Shown one piece after another: positions 13,407 to 28,016 of a stretch of DNA of 64,000 nt. Both the position numbers and the translations under genes were made by a program. Origin of the DNA: Leucoraja ocellata (Eukaryota); contig JAWMAR010000471.1 in the NCBI GenBank assembly GCA_036785375.1, forward strand, positions 992,001 through 1,056,000, written 5' to 3'. How positions within the stretch are numbered: the first letter of the stretch is position 1; each line of letters starts with the position of its first letter. The notes beneath the pieces were generated by a model. The model saw nothing but the letters and a program-made list of their open reading frames with translations, had not been told where the DNA came from and searched no databases.

Positions 13407-14432
13407 GTAAGTACCCTAAACCTCTCTTATCCACGGCTGTTCTTGGAAATATTCAGTTCCCTTTAATATTGGATCATGAGGCATCAATTGCTTTCCAATT
13501 GAAACAGATTCTATTTATAAAGGGTTCCGGCAACTTGCTCCAGATGTTGCGGTACACGTGAGTCCAATGAGAGGATATGTCGGGCTCCCCGGGAGCACAA
13601 CGTGAATCAGGTTGAAGAATAGCTACTTCCCCAAAACCATCAGGATCGGGAACACCACACCGCGCTAACCACAGCTATGGATTTCTATGCAGACACAAGT
13701 AAATGCGGACGCTGACATCGGATTCTGAAGTCTAGATACCAAATGTGGGCTATCAGTGTTCTCCTGAAATGCTGCCTGGCCCGCGCAGTTAATGCTTCCA
13801 CCAAATCGCCGGCTTGTTCCAACATACTCTGCGAAATCACCCTCTTGGTCTACAAGTTACTGCAGCCCATTGTGTTCATAAACTTTTCATAATTGTCTCT
13901 GGTTATACGAAGGGTTTGTTTATTTTGTTCTAGGATTGTGGCTGTTAAATTATTGAGTTCGTTTTGGTATCATACATTAGGCGAGGAATGGACTGATCGT
14001 ACGGAAATGTATGCAATCATGGCAATAATAGAACGGGTAGAAACGCAGAGTATCTTGTGCAGAATAGGTGAGTCGAGGACCGGGGTTTGAGCTGAAGGGG
14101 AAGATTTAATAAGATTTGAGGGGTAACATAGAAACATAGAAATATAGAAAATAGGTGCAGGAGAAGGTCATTCGGCACCGCCATTCAATATCTTCATGGC
14201 TGTTCATCCAACTCAGTATCCTGTACCTGCCTTCTCTCCATACCCCCTCCATAACGTTTTCACACGGAGCGTAGTGGGTGTACAGAACAACTTGCCAGAG
14301 TACATAGTTGAAGCTGGCACTATCCCACTGTTTAAGAACCAGTTAGGCAAGTACATGGACTGGCAAGGTTTGTATGGATTAGGAACAAACGCGGGCAGGT
14401 GGCACTAATGTAGCTGTGACATGCTTGGGCAA

Positions 14433-14632
14433 NNNNNNNNNNNNNNNNNNNNNNNNNNNNNNNNNNNNNNNNNNNNNNNNNNNNNNNNNNNNNNNNNNNN
14501 NNNNNNNNNNNNNNNNNNNNNNNNNNNNNNNNNNNNNNNNNNNNNNNNNNNNNNNNNNNNNNNNNNNNNNNNNNNNNNNNNNNNNNNNNNNNNNNNNNNN
14601 NNNNNNNNNNNNNNNNNNNNNNNNNNNNNNNN
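14433..14632. other. Assembly gap (200 N)
   Basis: Run of N. Confidence 1.
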
Positions 14633-17600
14633 TTAACCAGCATTCTTCCCTGTGGAAAGAAGCTGTGTTCAGCATCCTGCTGGTTTTGCAGCTGATGTTC
14701 CTGTAACTCTTCCCAGATGCAGAATGGAGAAAATGTGGTGTGATAGATGATAGCGATTTGCCATAAGGAAAGTAGCAGCATAATTGGGTCAGAACAATTT
14801 GAAAGCGGTGTTTAGTTGGTATGTCAACACCTAACGATTTGGATTGTTGTAAATTCGAGCTGATCGTCATATTCTGGTCAGGTGGTGAGAGATAAGGATG
14901 GCGAGGTAATCAGTCTTTAAATTTTAATGGGAGTTGTAAATTTGGTCAAATGAAAAAGCGAAGCTTGTTTAAGGTTTCAAAATAATTAATTCAGATGAGC
15001 CCTTTGTGGATATACCAAGCAGGTAAAAATAACTGGAAAATTAATCAAGCTAAAAGGAGCCATGAACTGTTGTTGGCGAGTGGGACCCGAAAAAGTCTCC
15101 AGGGATTTTTAACGGGTACATTAAAAAAAAAGACCAAGAAGTAACCAAGGCGAAGTTAGAGTCGTGTGACGTAGAGAAGAATGTATTTATGCTTGAGGTG
15201 ATGAGAATGTAGGTATAAGACCCCCCCACCCCCCCCCCCCCCCCCCCCCCCACCCCCCCCCCCCCCCCTCAATATTCCAAATTCTTGAACTCGCAAGCAT
15301 TTGAAGATTGAGGGGGATCTTATAGAAACTTACAAAATTCTTAATGGGTTGGACAGGCTAGACGCAGGAAGGTTTCCATTTCCGATGTTGGGGGAAGTCC
15401 AGAACAAGGGGTCACAGATTAAGGGTAAGGGGAAATATTTTAGGATCGAGATGAAAAAAACATTTTTTACACAGAGAGTGGTGAATCTCTGGAATTCTCT
15501 GCCGCAGAAGGTAGTTGAGGCCCAGTTCATTGGCTATATTTAAGAGGGAGTTAGATGTGGCCCTTGTGGATAAACGTATCAGTTGGTGTGGAGAGAAGGC
15601 AGGTACAGGATACTGAGTTGGATGATCAGCCATGATGATTATTGAATGGCGGTGCAGGCTCGAAGGGCCGAAGGGCCCACTCCTGCACCTATTTTTTATG
15701 TTTCTATGTTTCTATGTACTGTACAAAATTAAAACTTTGCATCGATATTCACGAAGGAGGTAGACATGGGGCATAGCGAGAACTGTGGGGAGATTGATCA
15801 ATATATTGGCATTTTTTAGATCAAGGAGGAGTCGGGGATATGGTTCTTGAAGTGCATTGTAGATGAATATTCGGTTCTCGTTGGATCTATCGTACGGTTA
15901 ATGAAAGAGGGGAAAGCTTTCAGGGGCCTTGGCAAAGATCTTTGCACCATTACCGACCACAGACGAGGACCCAGAAGGATAAACAATAGCCAAAGTTCAT
16001 CCTTTGATTAAGAAATAACCAACGCAACTAAAAAAAGCCTAACCCCAAAAACCTAAAACAAAAATCCTATAATCTAGAGATAATTCGCAAATCTCACGTG
16101 AACGTAGGAAATTCACTAAACTATGAACATTAAAGATTAACCATTAACCATTAACTAAGAGGGTGATGAATCTGGGGGGATCTTTGCCACAGAAGGCTGT
16201 GGAGACAAAGTCGGTGGGTATATTTAACCATATAAACCATATAACCCTATAACAATTACAGCACGGAAACAGGCCATCTCGACCCTTCTAGTCCGTGCCG
16301 AACACGTATTCTCCCCAAGTCCCATACACATGCCTTCAGACCATAACCCTCCATTCCCTTTCCCGTCCATATAACTATCCAATTTATTTTTAAATGATAA
16401 AAATGAACCTGCCTCCACCACCTTCACTGAAGCTCATTCCACACAGCCCCCACTCTCTGAGTAAAGAAGTTCCCCCTCATGTTACCCCTAAACTTATGTC
16501 GCTTAATTCTCAAGTCATGTCCCCTTGTTTGAATCTTCCCTACTCTCAGTGGGAAAAGCTTATCCACGTCAACTCTGTCTATCCCTCTCATCATTTTAAT
16601 ATCTCCATCAAGTCCCCCCTTAACCCTTTAGGCAGGTATCAATAGATTCTTGATCAGTACGGGTGTCACAGGTTATAGAAACAAATACAAAGAAACAGGG
16701 AAAATAAGTGCAGGAATAGGCCATTCCGGCCTTCGAACCGGCATCATCCGAAATCAATACCCCGTTCTGCTTTCTCACATGTCCATTTATCCTAAGAACT
16801 ATAGGTAATTATTTCTTGAAACCATCAAGAAAATTGGAATCCACTCCCTTCTGTGACAAGCGAATTCCACATATTCACAACATACAGGGTTAAAAGCGTT
16901 TTCCTCATCTCAGTCCTAAATGGCCTCACCTTTAGTTCATCTACTGTGACCCATAGTTCTAGACTTCCCCCACATCGGGAGCATTTTTCTTGCATGTGGC
17001 CTGTCCCAATCTCTCAAGAATGTTATATGTTTTTATAAGATCCCCTCTCATCATTCTAAATTCCAGTGATTATAAGCCCAGTCGATCCATTCCTTCATTA
17101 TATGTCCGTCCTGCCATCACGAAATAAACCTGGTGAACATACGTTGCAATCCCTCACTAGCACGAACTTCTTTTCTCAAAATAGGAGACTAAAATTGCAC
17201 ACAATACTCCAGGTGCGGTCTCAACAGGGCCTGGGACAACTGCTGTATGACCTCTTTGCTTCTATACTCAATTCCTCTAGCTAAGAAGGCCAACATGCCA
17301 TTTACTTTCTTCATTGCGGCACAGAGGTCACGAGACACGAGACACATAAGTTCCCGGAGATGTACATGCGATCGATACGGGAACCACCCCCTCAGACCTG
17401 CGCGAAAAAGCGTTGGAATCGGGGTGGAGCTGAAAGAAACCTATCAAAGATTCATAAAACACATGGTTCACCTTTATTTAGTTGGAAATAAACTTCCAAT
17501 TTTGTTCCCAGAGCCAGGGGCCACACACAGTTTAAGAATAAGGGCTAAGCCATTTAGAACGGAGACGAGGAATCATTTTTTCTCACAGAAAGTTGCGAGT

Positions 17601-19111
17601 CTGTGGAAATCTCTGCCTCAGAGGGCGATGGAGGCCGGTCCTCTGGATGCTTTCAAGAGAGAGCCAGATATGCTCTTAAAAATAGCGGAGTCAGGGGATA
17701 TTCGGAGCGGAGGCAGAGGGAGTACAGAGAAGGTTCACCAGACTGATTCCTGGGATGTCAGGACTTTCATATGAAGAAAGACTGGATGGACTCGGTAGAA
17801 TTTAGACGATTGAGGGGGGATCTTATAGAAACTTACAAAATTCTTAAGGGGTTGGACAGGCTAGGTGCAGGAAGATTGTTCCCGATGTTGGGGAAGTCCA
17901 GAACAAGGAGTCACAATTTAAGGATAAGGGGGAAATCTTTTAGGACCGAGATGAGGAAAACCTTTTTCACACAGAGAGTGGTGTGAATCTCTGGAATTCT
18001 CTGCCGCAGAAGGTAGTTGAGGCCTGTTCATTGGCTATATTTAAGAGGGAGTTAGATGTGGCCCTTGTGGCTAAAGGGATCAGGGGGTATGTAGAGAAGG
18101 CAGGTACAGATTACTGAGTTGGATGATCAGCCATGATCATATTGAATGGCGGTGAGACTCGAAGGGCCGAATGGCCTACTCCTGCACCTATCTTCTATGT
18201 TTCCATGTTCTATGATATGGGGAGAAGGCAGGAACGGGGTACTGATTGTGGATTGATCAGCCATGATCACATTGAATGGCGGTGCTGGCTCGAAGGGTCG
18301 AATGGCCTACTCCTGCACCTATTGTCTATTGTCTATTCTTTCACTTCAGGACAGCAAGTTTTAAACACCCACATAGTAATGCTTTGTAGAGTTGATCGGC
18401 ATTAATCATCAATATTTTTTTGGGAGATGCAATATACTTTCAATGTGGACAACAGCGGAGAAGGTAATAGTCTAGCAAATTAATTCAAGCCATTTGGACT
18501 AATGGACGGCCGCTGCATCCAAAGACACAGACAAGTTGGAAAAGGGACAATGAGCTTCGTTGCGATTGTGCCTGCCTACCGGAGAGAAATATGGTTCACA
18601 ATTTTCCGCATCACACCGAATAATTCCGCTCAGATTTACATTTCACCGAATTCGCGACTAAACATGTCCCCGTGAGGGATGCTGCATGATAATGTTGGCA
18701 GAGTTGACATATGGGCACCTGGAGGCGTGTATTGTCACTTACTTTATCAGCCATTGGTTTGTGAATGTGAGTTTTGTGGCAACGGTACGTTTTTTTCAAT
18801 GATGAAAGGAAATCATATCTGCAACACGTTGCACGCATTTAACTGAAAATAATCACTCGTTTTGAAAACAATATGTTCCAGGCATATGCATATATATTCG
18901 TGAAAAAACAGAAGTTGAATGATTGAACTGAGCACTTGGGAAAACGTAGAAGAGGTGAGACTCAATTGAAGAAAGAAGTTGGGCGTGACCGACAGGACGA
19001 ATGGACATAAAATGTCCACACATTAAATGCTGTGTTTTCATAATTACCCTACAGCAAAGCAACGCATGAAGCACAGGCTGGTCACTCGCTTTTGCTATAT
19101 TATTTTAACTA

Positions 19112-21754
19112 TCAGTTTGCCAATTCAAATAACTTTCCAGTGCAACGGATCGGGTACGTTAGCACACTGAACAGCTCCTCTCTGAACTTGCTCTGGGGTC
19201 ACGGTTGTAAATGGCCGTGTTGGTGCAGGAGCTCAGCAGCTGAAGCATGTATCCAACATTTTCCAATCCTTCCAAAGGGTTCCCCAGGGCCTTGTGCATA
19301 AAACACATTCAAACATCGAACCGCAATAAACTGTGCAACACTTGTGGCCCCAGAGCAGGATGAAGGAGCTCGAGATTGCCAGAAGTAAAACGACCGACCG
19401 TCTGCGGTTCACCATCTCCTGGTCTTTCTTTCTCTCCCCACCGCTGAGGTCCCCGGAGGTTCCTGCGGACCCGGCTGGCCACGAAAATACGTCTGACAGT
19501 GAGCGCGTTAAACAACAAAATCAGGCAGAATGGAATCACCGGGGTGAACAACTGTTCGGCCCAAGAGAACACCAACCATTCGGGCCATGAACGTAAAAAT
19601 GTACGCGTTTGAGGCAGCCCAGTTCTCCACCCATTCCGAGATAAGAAGTGTATGCAAAGGGCAAGGGTAGATTTTTGAGGCAGATGACGGGCTCACCATC
19701 AGGATAACAATCGTCGCGGTTCTCTCGGTGCAATATTTGGTTTTCATGTTCTGAGTAGAAATTGCAACAAAGCGATCAAAGGTGAAAGCGACTGTGAACC
19801 ACACAGAACAATTCACCGTGACTGACGCGAGGTAGATTGTCATTTTGCACACAGGAGTGTAGGGCAAGGAGGCACGCCACCCAATAAATATCAGCACTCC
19901 GGTGAAATATCACCTCACAGAAAATCACAGAGAGGTCCGCGGTAGCCATGGCTACCATGTAACGAGTGATGCACTTGGAGAGGCCGCACTTGCCACGGGA
20001 CAGGATCACAATCGCCATCAGATTCACTGGGAAAGAATGAAAACAGAAACTGATTAATTGTGTGGTGTGGTGGATGGGAGCAGACTGAGTCATTTAAACC
20101 TGTGTCGCCAGTGGCAGAGACTATTTTTTTTAACGAAACAATATTTGGGTAAATCACCCCGTCAAACGTTTGCCAAAAAGTTGTTCAATCTGTAAATTAT
20201 TAAATTCCTGATTACCAAAATTAGTGGCATTGCCTTATGTAGAAAATAATTACATAAAGATGAAAATATTGGTGCAAAAGGTAATCCGATTTTAGAAATC
20301 AGTAATTTAATCTGCAAATGAATAAAATCCCGTTTACCAAAATTAGCGGGATTGCCCTATGTACTAATTTTCACAACATTATGCCAATCGCTTGATATTG
20401 ATGTAACATCCATCGTGGATGTAAAATATACAATATTCTCAACACGTCAGTCAGTGTCTCTAAAGAATGGAATTAACTATCCAAAAGTACCGTCCATCAA
20501 ATCAGAATTAAGAGGGGATCCTCCCAATATCAAATATTTGATTTCATTTTTATAACCGTAAATTCAAATGCGCAGTGTCTTTTTTATTGCTGAGACTTGA
20601 GCAACGTTTGCATCGTGGCATTGAGTTAATCGTGGTCTGGATTAACGCGGTCTGTTTTCCATTGGGCCTTCGAGAATGTATTTCCGAACATGAAAGGGTT
20701 TCAGTGAAGCGCAGCAAATATAATTACAAACACCCTTCACATACACGGCTGACAACATAACGGGCAAGTATTTTCTGCCGAACAGCGGGCGGGCCTCCGT
20801 ACGGTACCTGACAAGAAAAGGTGCTGGAGTATCTCAGTAGCGGAGGCAATATCTCTGGAGGACATAGATATGCGACGTATCAGCACGAGACCCTTCTTCA
20901 GACTCCGATCGGCAGAATGATCCCGACCCGATACGTCGACTGCGTCGGTCCTCCAGAGATGCTGCAAGACTGGCTGAGTTAACCAGTTCTTTGGTTCCAC
21001 TGCAAGATCGCTGCACGTGTAGTTTATTTCATCTGTGCTCCGTTTTTGTGGAACAGGTTGTTTGTACGACCTTCAAATCTGGCTTTGCTAAATTATCCCT
21101 ATGAGAATTTAAGAGCGATACGGAAAATGCAGTGTCAAATGACTGATCGGGGTGTATTCTCGTTCTGCCGAGTGCAGTACGCACAGTGGAACAGAAACTG
21201 CCACTCACAGCGAGGACGAAGTTCCCTTTCACCTCGCAACAGCGCAAGTACGGACATTGATTTTAGTAAAAAGCCACGAGGGCTACATTTCTGCCAGCTT
21301 CAATGAGCGGCATCCGTCACATATACCAACGCGCTACCTCGCTCCTAAGATGCACATCGCTTATTTTAGTTTAGTTTAGGAATACAGCGCGAAAGCACAA
21401 CTACCGGCCCACCTAATCCGCACCGATCACGCACACTGCTACACACACAAAGGACAATTTATTTTACTTTTATGGAGCGTGGGAGCAAACCGAAGATCTC
21501 GGGGAAACCCCAAAAGGATACGGGGAAAACGTACAGACTCCGTACAGCCAAGCGCTGTATATCAGTTACTCTAGCGCTGTACCAGCGTGCCGCCCGAATC
21601 CCCGCTCGGCTACTCGCTATGTCCTCTTAACCTTTAATATTCTGCGCTCTTCAAACATGAGATGTGCCGACAATTACCTACCAGGTATACCGATTGCTGC
21701 CAGAATCGGATAATACACAAGTACTATTTTTACCGCGATCGGAATAACGTGCAT
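19112..21754 (-). pseudogene. GPR139-like GPCR copy B; exon 1 21682-21754 intact (MHVIPIAVKIVLVYYPILAAIGIP), exon 2 19112-20026 with many 1-nt indels
   Basis: The coding sequence is split across several ORF frames. The surrounding region is indel-rich relative to A, so errors are possible. Confidence 0.7.
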
Positions 21755-22347
21755 TGTAATGCGACGGTCCAGGCGATCACTCTTTGTGCTGCCGCTCAGC
21801 GGTTGTCAGCGAAACAAACAAATATCTGGCATATTTATAATCTAAATGAAGGGAAAAACAGGCAACGAGATTACATCCCTGTGGACATTACTTACACATT
21901 TTTGAACAAACATCTAATGTTTTCCATGCAATATTCAAAATGACCTTATCCTGAAGAATAAGTTCTGAAACGTTGCCTATTTCCTTCGCTCCATAGATGC
22001 TGCTGCAACCGCTGAGTTTCTCCAGCACTTTTGTCAACCTTATTCTTAAAATGTGGCTCCCTGTTTCTGCACGCCCCCAAAATCGAAAACATGGTTCGTG
22101 TCCAAACACTTAATAATCTTACATGTTTAAATAAGATTCCCTCTCATCCTTCCAAATTCCAGAGTATACAAGCTCAGCCGCTCCATTCTCTCAACATGTA
22201 ACAGCCCCACCATCCCGGGCATTAACCTTGTGAACGAACGCTGCATTCCCTCAATAGCATGAATATTGGACCGGCTAGATGGAGGAAACATGTCTCACCA
22301 ATGTCCTGTACAACTGCAGAAGGACCTATGTACAACTGCAGAAGGAC

Positions 22348-25274
22348 TGCGGAGCAACGGAGCGGCATAACACCAGTGCGCACCAAGCCAGCTCGGCCCA
22401 CCAGAAGCACCAACAGACGGCGACGCGTACGAAAACACCGCCGGGGACGCAGAGGTGGGTTAAAGGCCAGGTTAGAGCTAGCCCCACACAGGGTAGCGAT
22501 TCCTAGCGTTTTCCTCGCCAACGTGCGCTCACTGGCAAACAAAATGGACGAACTCCGGCTAAGGATCACCTCCCACAACTGGATCAAGGACTGCAACATC
22601 CTGATCATCACGGAAACTTGGCTCAACACTGACGTCCCTGACAGCGCCATCCAGCTATCGGGGCGTCATTTACTCCGAGCGGGCAGGACATCGGACTCTG
22701 GTAAGACCAGAGGTGGGGGTCTGTGCATTTATGTAAACAAAGCATGGTGCACGGACTCCACCATCATCGAGAGTCACTGCTCAGCTAACCTTGAGTTCCT
22801 CTTGGTTAGATGCAGACCGTTCTATCTGCCCAGAGAGTTCACCTCCACTGTTGTGACTGCAGCCTATATCCCTCCTGATGCTAATGCCAAGCTTGCAATG
22901 AAAGAGCTGCATACTGCCATTAGCAAACAACAGACTCACAACCCCGAGGCAGCCTTCATTGTTGCGGGTGACTTCAATCACTCTAACCTGAAGACTGTAC
23001 TCCCCAAATTCCACCAACGTGTATCCTTCCCCACTAGAGTAGACAAGACACTGGACAAAGTCTACACCAACATGGCTGAAGCTTACAAAGCCATCCCCCT
23101 CCCCCACCTTGGTCAGTCTGATCACGTCTCATTGTTCCTGCTCCCTAAGTACTCCCCACTCATCAGACGGGTTAAACCAACTGTGAGGACAGTTAAAGTC
23201 TGGTCAGAGGAAGCGGACTTCACACTTCAGCAGTGTTTTGGAAACACTGAATGGAAGGCGTTTGCAGCCCAGGCCACCCTTGACTCCCACACGGACATTG
23301 ATTCCTACACATCCTCTGTTCTGGACTTTATAAACTCCACCACCAATAGTGTCACCTCCCTCAAACAGGTGACCATATACCCGAATCAGAAGCCATGGAT
23401 GAACAGCGAGGTCAGGCTACTGCTGAAAGCACGGGACACCGCTTTCAGGTCAGGCGATGCTCGAACCTACAGTTCATCCAGGGCTAACCTGAAGAGGGGC
23501 ATCAGGAAGGCCAAGCACTGCCATAAGCTCACGATTGAGGAGCAGTTCTACAACAACTCCGACCCCCGACTCATGTGGTAAGGCATTCAGGCCATCACGG
23601 ACTACAGACCCTCCAACATCACCCCCACATCCAGCGACGCCTCCTTCCTTGAGGAGCTTAATCACTTCTATGGCCGCTTCGACAGGGACAATCTAGAGAC
23701 AGCCATCAAGGCTGTGCTACCTGCCGATCACCAACCCCTCACACTCACCCCCTACGACGTATACGTGGCACTGAGTAGGACTAATACACGTAAAGCTGTG
23801 GCCCTGACGGCATTCCCGGGCGCGTGCTCAGGGCCTGTGCTGCGCAGCTGACAGACGTCTGGACTGACATCTTCAACCTGTCACTTGCCCAAGCAGTTGG
23901 CCCCACTTGCCTTAAAACCACCTCCATCGTGCCAGTGCCAAAACACTCCAATGCGGCAAGCCTCAACGACTTCCGCCCAGTTGCACTTACCCCCATCATC
24001 ACCAAGTGCTTCGAGAGGCTGGTCCTGGCACACCTCAAAAGCTGCCTACGCCCCACACTGGATCCCTATCAGTTTGCCTACCGCAAGAACAGGAGTACGG
24101 AGGATGCCATCTCAACGGCACTTCGCTCCGCCCTCTCCCACCTCGACAACAGAGACACTTACGTAAGAATGCTGTTCATCGATTACAGCTCAGCATTCAA
24201 CACCATTATACCATCAAAACTGATCACCAAACTCGGTAACCTGGGCATCGACCCATCCCCCTGCAACTGGATACTGGACTTTCTAACCAACAGACCCCAG
24301 TCTGTGAGGTTAGACAAGCACACCTCTTCAACCCTCAACCTGAACACCGGCGTTCCACAGGGCTGTGTGCTGAGCCCCCTCCTCTACTCCCTCTTCACCT
24401 ATGACTGCACACCTGTACATGGTACTAACACCATCATCAAGTATGCAGATGATACAACGGTGATTGGCCTCATCAGCAACAACGATGAGCTGGCCTACAG
24501 GGAGGAGGTCCAGCACTTAGCAGCATGGTGCGCTGACAACAACCTGGTCCTTAACTCCAAGAAGACCAAGGAGCTCATTGTAGACTTCAGGAAGTCCAGA
24601 GGCGGCACGCACATTAACGGGACGGAGGTGGAACGTGTTTCTAGCTTCAGGTTCCTGGGAGTCAACATCTCCGATGACCTCTCTTGGACCCACAATACCT
24701 TTACTCTGATCAAGAAGGCTCATCAGCGTCTCTTCTTCCTGAGGAGACTGAAGAAGGTCCATCTGTCTCCTCAGATCCTGGTGAACTTCTACCGCTGCAC
24801 CATCGAGAGCATCCTTACCAACTGCATCACAGTATGGTATGGCAAATGCTCTGTCTCCGACCGGAAGGCATTGCAGAGGGTGGTGAAAATTGCCCAACGC
24901 ATCACCGGTTCCTCGCTCCCCTCCATTGAGTCTGTCCAAAGCAAGCGCTGTCTGCGGAGGGCGCTCAGCATCGCCAAGGACTGCCCTCACCCCAACCATG
25001 GACTGTTTACCCGCCTACCATCCGGGAGGCGCTACAGGTCTCTCCGTTGCCGGACCAGCAGGTCGAGGAACAGATTCTTTCCGGCGGCTGTCACTCTACT
25101 CAACAACGTACCTCGATGACTGCCAATCACCCCCCCCCCGGACACTTATTGTTATTTATTCAAATTGTTTGCTATGTCGCTCTTCCAGGGAGATGCTAAA
25201 TGCATTTCGTTGTCTCTGTACTGTACACTGACAATGACAATTAAAATTGAATCTGAATCTGAATCTGAATCTGA
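22348..25274 (+). mobile_element. Rex1/Babar-like LINE, near-full EN+RT ORF, inactivated
   Basis: APE endonuclease motifs (ITETWL, AGDFN, SDH) and RT motifs ([12 protein letters not shown]). Stop at 23579-23581 and frameshift near 23795. (TGAATC)n tail. Absent at the paralogous site in unit A (~10360). Confidence 0.9.
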
Positions 25275-25629
25275 CCTGTACTCCTATGCGCAAATCCGCT
25301 CGTTATGAAGGCCAACATGCCATTATCTTTCTTCACTACCTGGTGTAGCTGAATATTTACTTACAATGGCTAGTGTACAAGGACACCCAAGTCTTGTCGC
25401 ACATGCCTTTTTCCCAAATCTCACACCATTGAGATAATAATCTGCTTCCATGCTCTTGAGGTAAAGTGGATAACCTCACATTTACCTATATTATGCAACA
25501 TCTGCCATGAATCTGCCCACTGACTCAACCAGTCCAGCCCACATTACATCCACCTCGCATCCTCTTCGCAGTTCACACTACAACCCGGGTTTGCGTCATC
25601 TGCAAATTTGCTCGTGTTACTTTTAATTA

Positions 25630-26595
25630 GAAACATAGAAACATAGAAACATAGAAATTAGGTGCAGGAGTAGGCCATTCGGCCCTTCGAGCCTCCACCG
25701 CCATTCAATATGATCATGGCTGATCATACAACTCAGTATCTCGTACCTGCCTTCTCTCCATACCCTCTGATCCCCTTAGCCACAATGCAACATCTGACTC
25801 CCTCTTAAATATAGCCAATGAACTGGCCTCGACTGCCCTCTGTGGCGGAGAGTTCCAGAGATTCACCACTCTCTGTGTGAAAAAAGTTCTTGTCATCTCG
25901 GTTTTAAAGGATTTCCCCCTTATCCTTAAGCTGTGACCCCTTGTCCTGGACTTCCCCAACATCGGGAGCAATCTTCCTGCATCTAGCCTGTCCAATCCTT
26001 TAAGAATTTTGTAAGTTTCTATAAGGTCCCCTCTCAATCTCCTAAATTCTAGAGAGTATAAACCAAGTCTATCCAGTCTTTCTTCATAAGAGTGCAGAGA
26101 CGGTTCACCAGACTGATTCCTGGGATGTCAGGACTGTCTTATGAAGAAAGACTGGATAGACTTGGTTTATACTCTCTAGAATTTAGAAGATTGAGAGGGG
26201 ATCTTATAGAAACTTACAAAATTCTTAAGGGGTTGGACAGGCTAGATGCAGGAAGATTGTTCCCGATGTTAGGGAAGTCCAGGACAAGGGGTCACAGCTT
26301 AAGGATAAAGGGGAAATCCTTTAAAACCGAGATGAGAAGAACTTTTTTCACGCAGAGAGTGGTGAATCTCTGGAACTCTCTGCCACAGAGGATAGTTGAG
26401 GCCAGTTCATTGGCTATATTTAAGAGGGAGTTAGATGTGGCCCTTGTGGCTATGGGGATCAGGGGGTATGGAGAGAAGGCAGGTACGGGATACTGAGTTG
26501 GATGATCAGCCGTGATCATATTGAATGGCGGTGCAGGCTCGAAGGGCCGAATGGCCTACTCCTGCACCTAATTTCTATGTTTCTATGTTTCTATG
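25630..26595. mobile_element. Two CR1/HER1 3' fragments in inverted orientation (minus 25630-26090, plus 26091-26595)
   Basis: Same RT C-terminal peptide on both strands. The plus copy is absent in unit A, where the site reads TCATAAG|ACAGTCC (11160/11161). Confidence 0.85.
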
Positions 26596-27102
26596 ACAGT
26601 CCTGACTGTCATATAATTCCATCAACTGTATCATTAATCTATATTGTCAATAGCTGCGGCCCCTGCATCGAGCCTTGCGGCATTCTACTCGCCACTGTCT
26701 GCCATTCTGACAGGTAAATCCTTCATCCATTTTACTTGTCACGTTCTCAAAACATTCCAGAAGATTTGTCAAGCAGCATTTCCTCTTCATAAATCCACGC
26801 TGACTTGGACCAATCTTTTAATTGTGTACAAATGCGCCGTTATTACGGCTTTGATAATTGACTCCAGCATCTTACCCAGCTCCGATAACAGGCCAACTGT
26901 TCTCTAATTTCCCGTTTTGTCCCTCGCTCCTTTCTTGAAATGTGGGATAACATCAGCTACTCTCCAATCCACAGGAACTGATCCTGAATCTATTGAACAT
27001 TGGAAATGATCACCAATAAGTCCACGATTTCTAGAGCCACGACCTTGAGTCCCATCTGATATAGACCGTCAGATCCTAGGGATTTATCAGCCCAGTCCCA
27101 TC

Positions 27103-27177
27103 CCAAATGCATTTCGTTGTCTCTGTACTGTACACTGACAATGACAATTAAAATTGAATCTGAATCTGAATCTGAAT
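27103..27177 (+). mobile_element. 75-bp 3' end of the same Rex1/Babar LINE with CATC target duplication
   Basis: Matches ~25198-25270; CATC at 27099-27102 and 27178-27181; absent in A near 11669. Confidence 0.85.
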
Positions 27178-27973
27178 CATCGGTTTGCCCAATACTATTG
27201 CTCGCCCATTTCACCCCTCACCAACAGAGCTACCCCACCTCCAGTGCCCCAATGCCTTGATCATATTGAATGTCAGTGCTGTCTCGAAAGGAGAATGACC
27301 TACACCTACAGCTATTTTGCTATGTTTCTGTGTTTCTCCATCCCTGCTAGTGACTGCATTAATTGCAATCTGTGTGTTCCCTTTCACTGGCTCATTGACA
27401 GTCGGAATTATACCGGTACCCAGCCCGACTGTGGTCTCGCATTGATCTTTCATCGATGTTATAATCCGCGGTGCGGCAATTCCCACTACCTTCGGCCGTC
27501 CAGCCTCTCATCAAACAAACAAACATACATTATTGCGGAGTTGAACAGGGGTGCTACAGCCTCTGCTGACAGAACACCTCCGCCACCCGTTCAGTTTAGT
27601 TTATTTGTCACGTATACCGATTGGATAGGGGATTGTGCGTTCACCTTATCTACTGCCCCCATATGTTCAGTTGCCCGAATGGTTCAGATGGTCTACTGAA
27701 CGTCAGAGAAACGTCAGAGCCACATCAGATGTTTCACATCAGATTCCAGTCCACCAACCAAATCAACAGGTTTAAGGGTCCACGTCTAAAACTCTCCCTC
27801 TCCTCACAAATCGATTGGGATTTTTTCAAAAACTCCCAGAACATCGCCCGCACCGAAACGAACGGCCCAGCTGAGGTTCCCGCTCAGTTCTCCGGGATTG
27901 GCTGCAGGATCTGTATGGCGACCTGGTTTTCAGCCTCTCGTCACGTGAACCATTTATTCCCAGAGAGGACGCG

Positions 27974-28016
27974 ATGGGAATCCTCCTGTGTTTTGTGCTA
28001 TCACTCTGCTCACGCC
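27974..28016 (+). CDS. Leader exon of NAR-TCR V (unit B)
   Basis: MGILLCFVLSLCSR with GTGAGT donor. Confidence 0.85.

Larger units (their letters stand above)
2950..14432. repeat. Segmental duplication unit A (paralog of B)
   Basis: Sequence from 2950 recurs from 14633 in the same order: CR1 cluster, GPCR, NAR VD, J. Confidence 0.85.
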
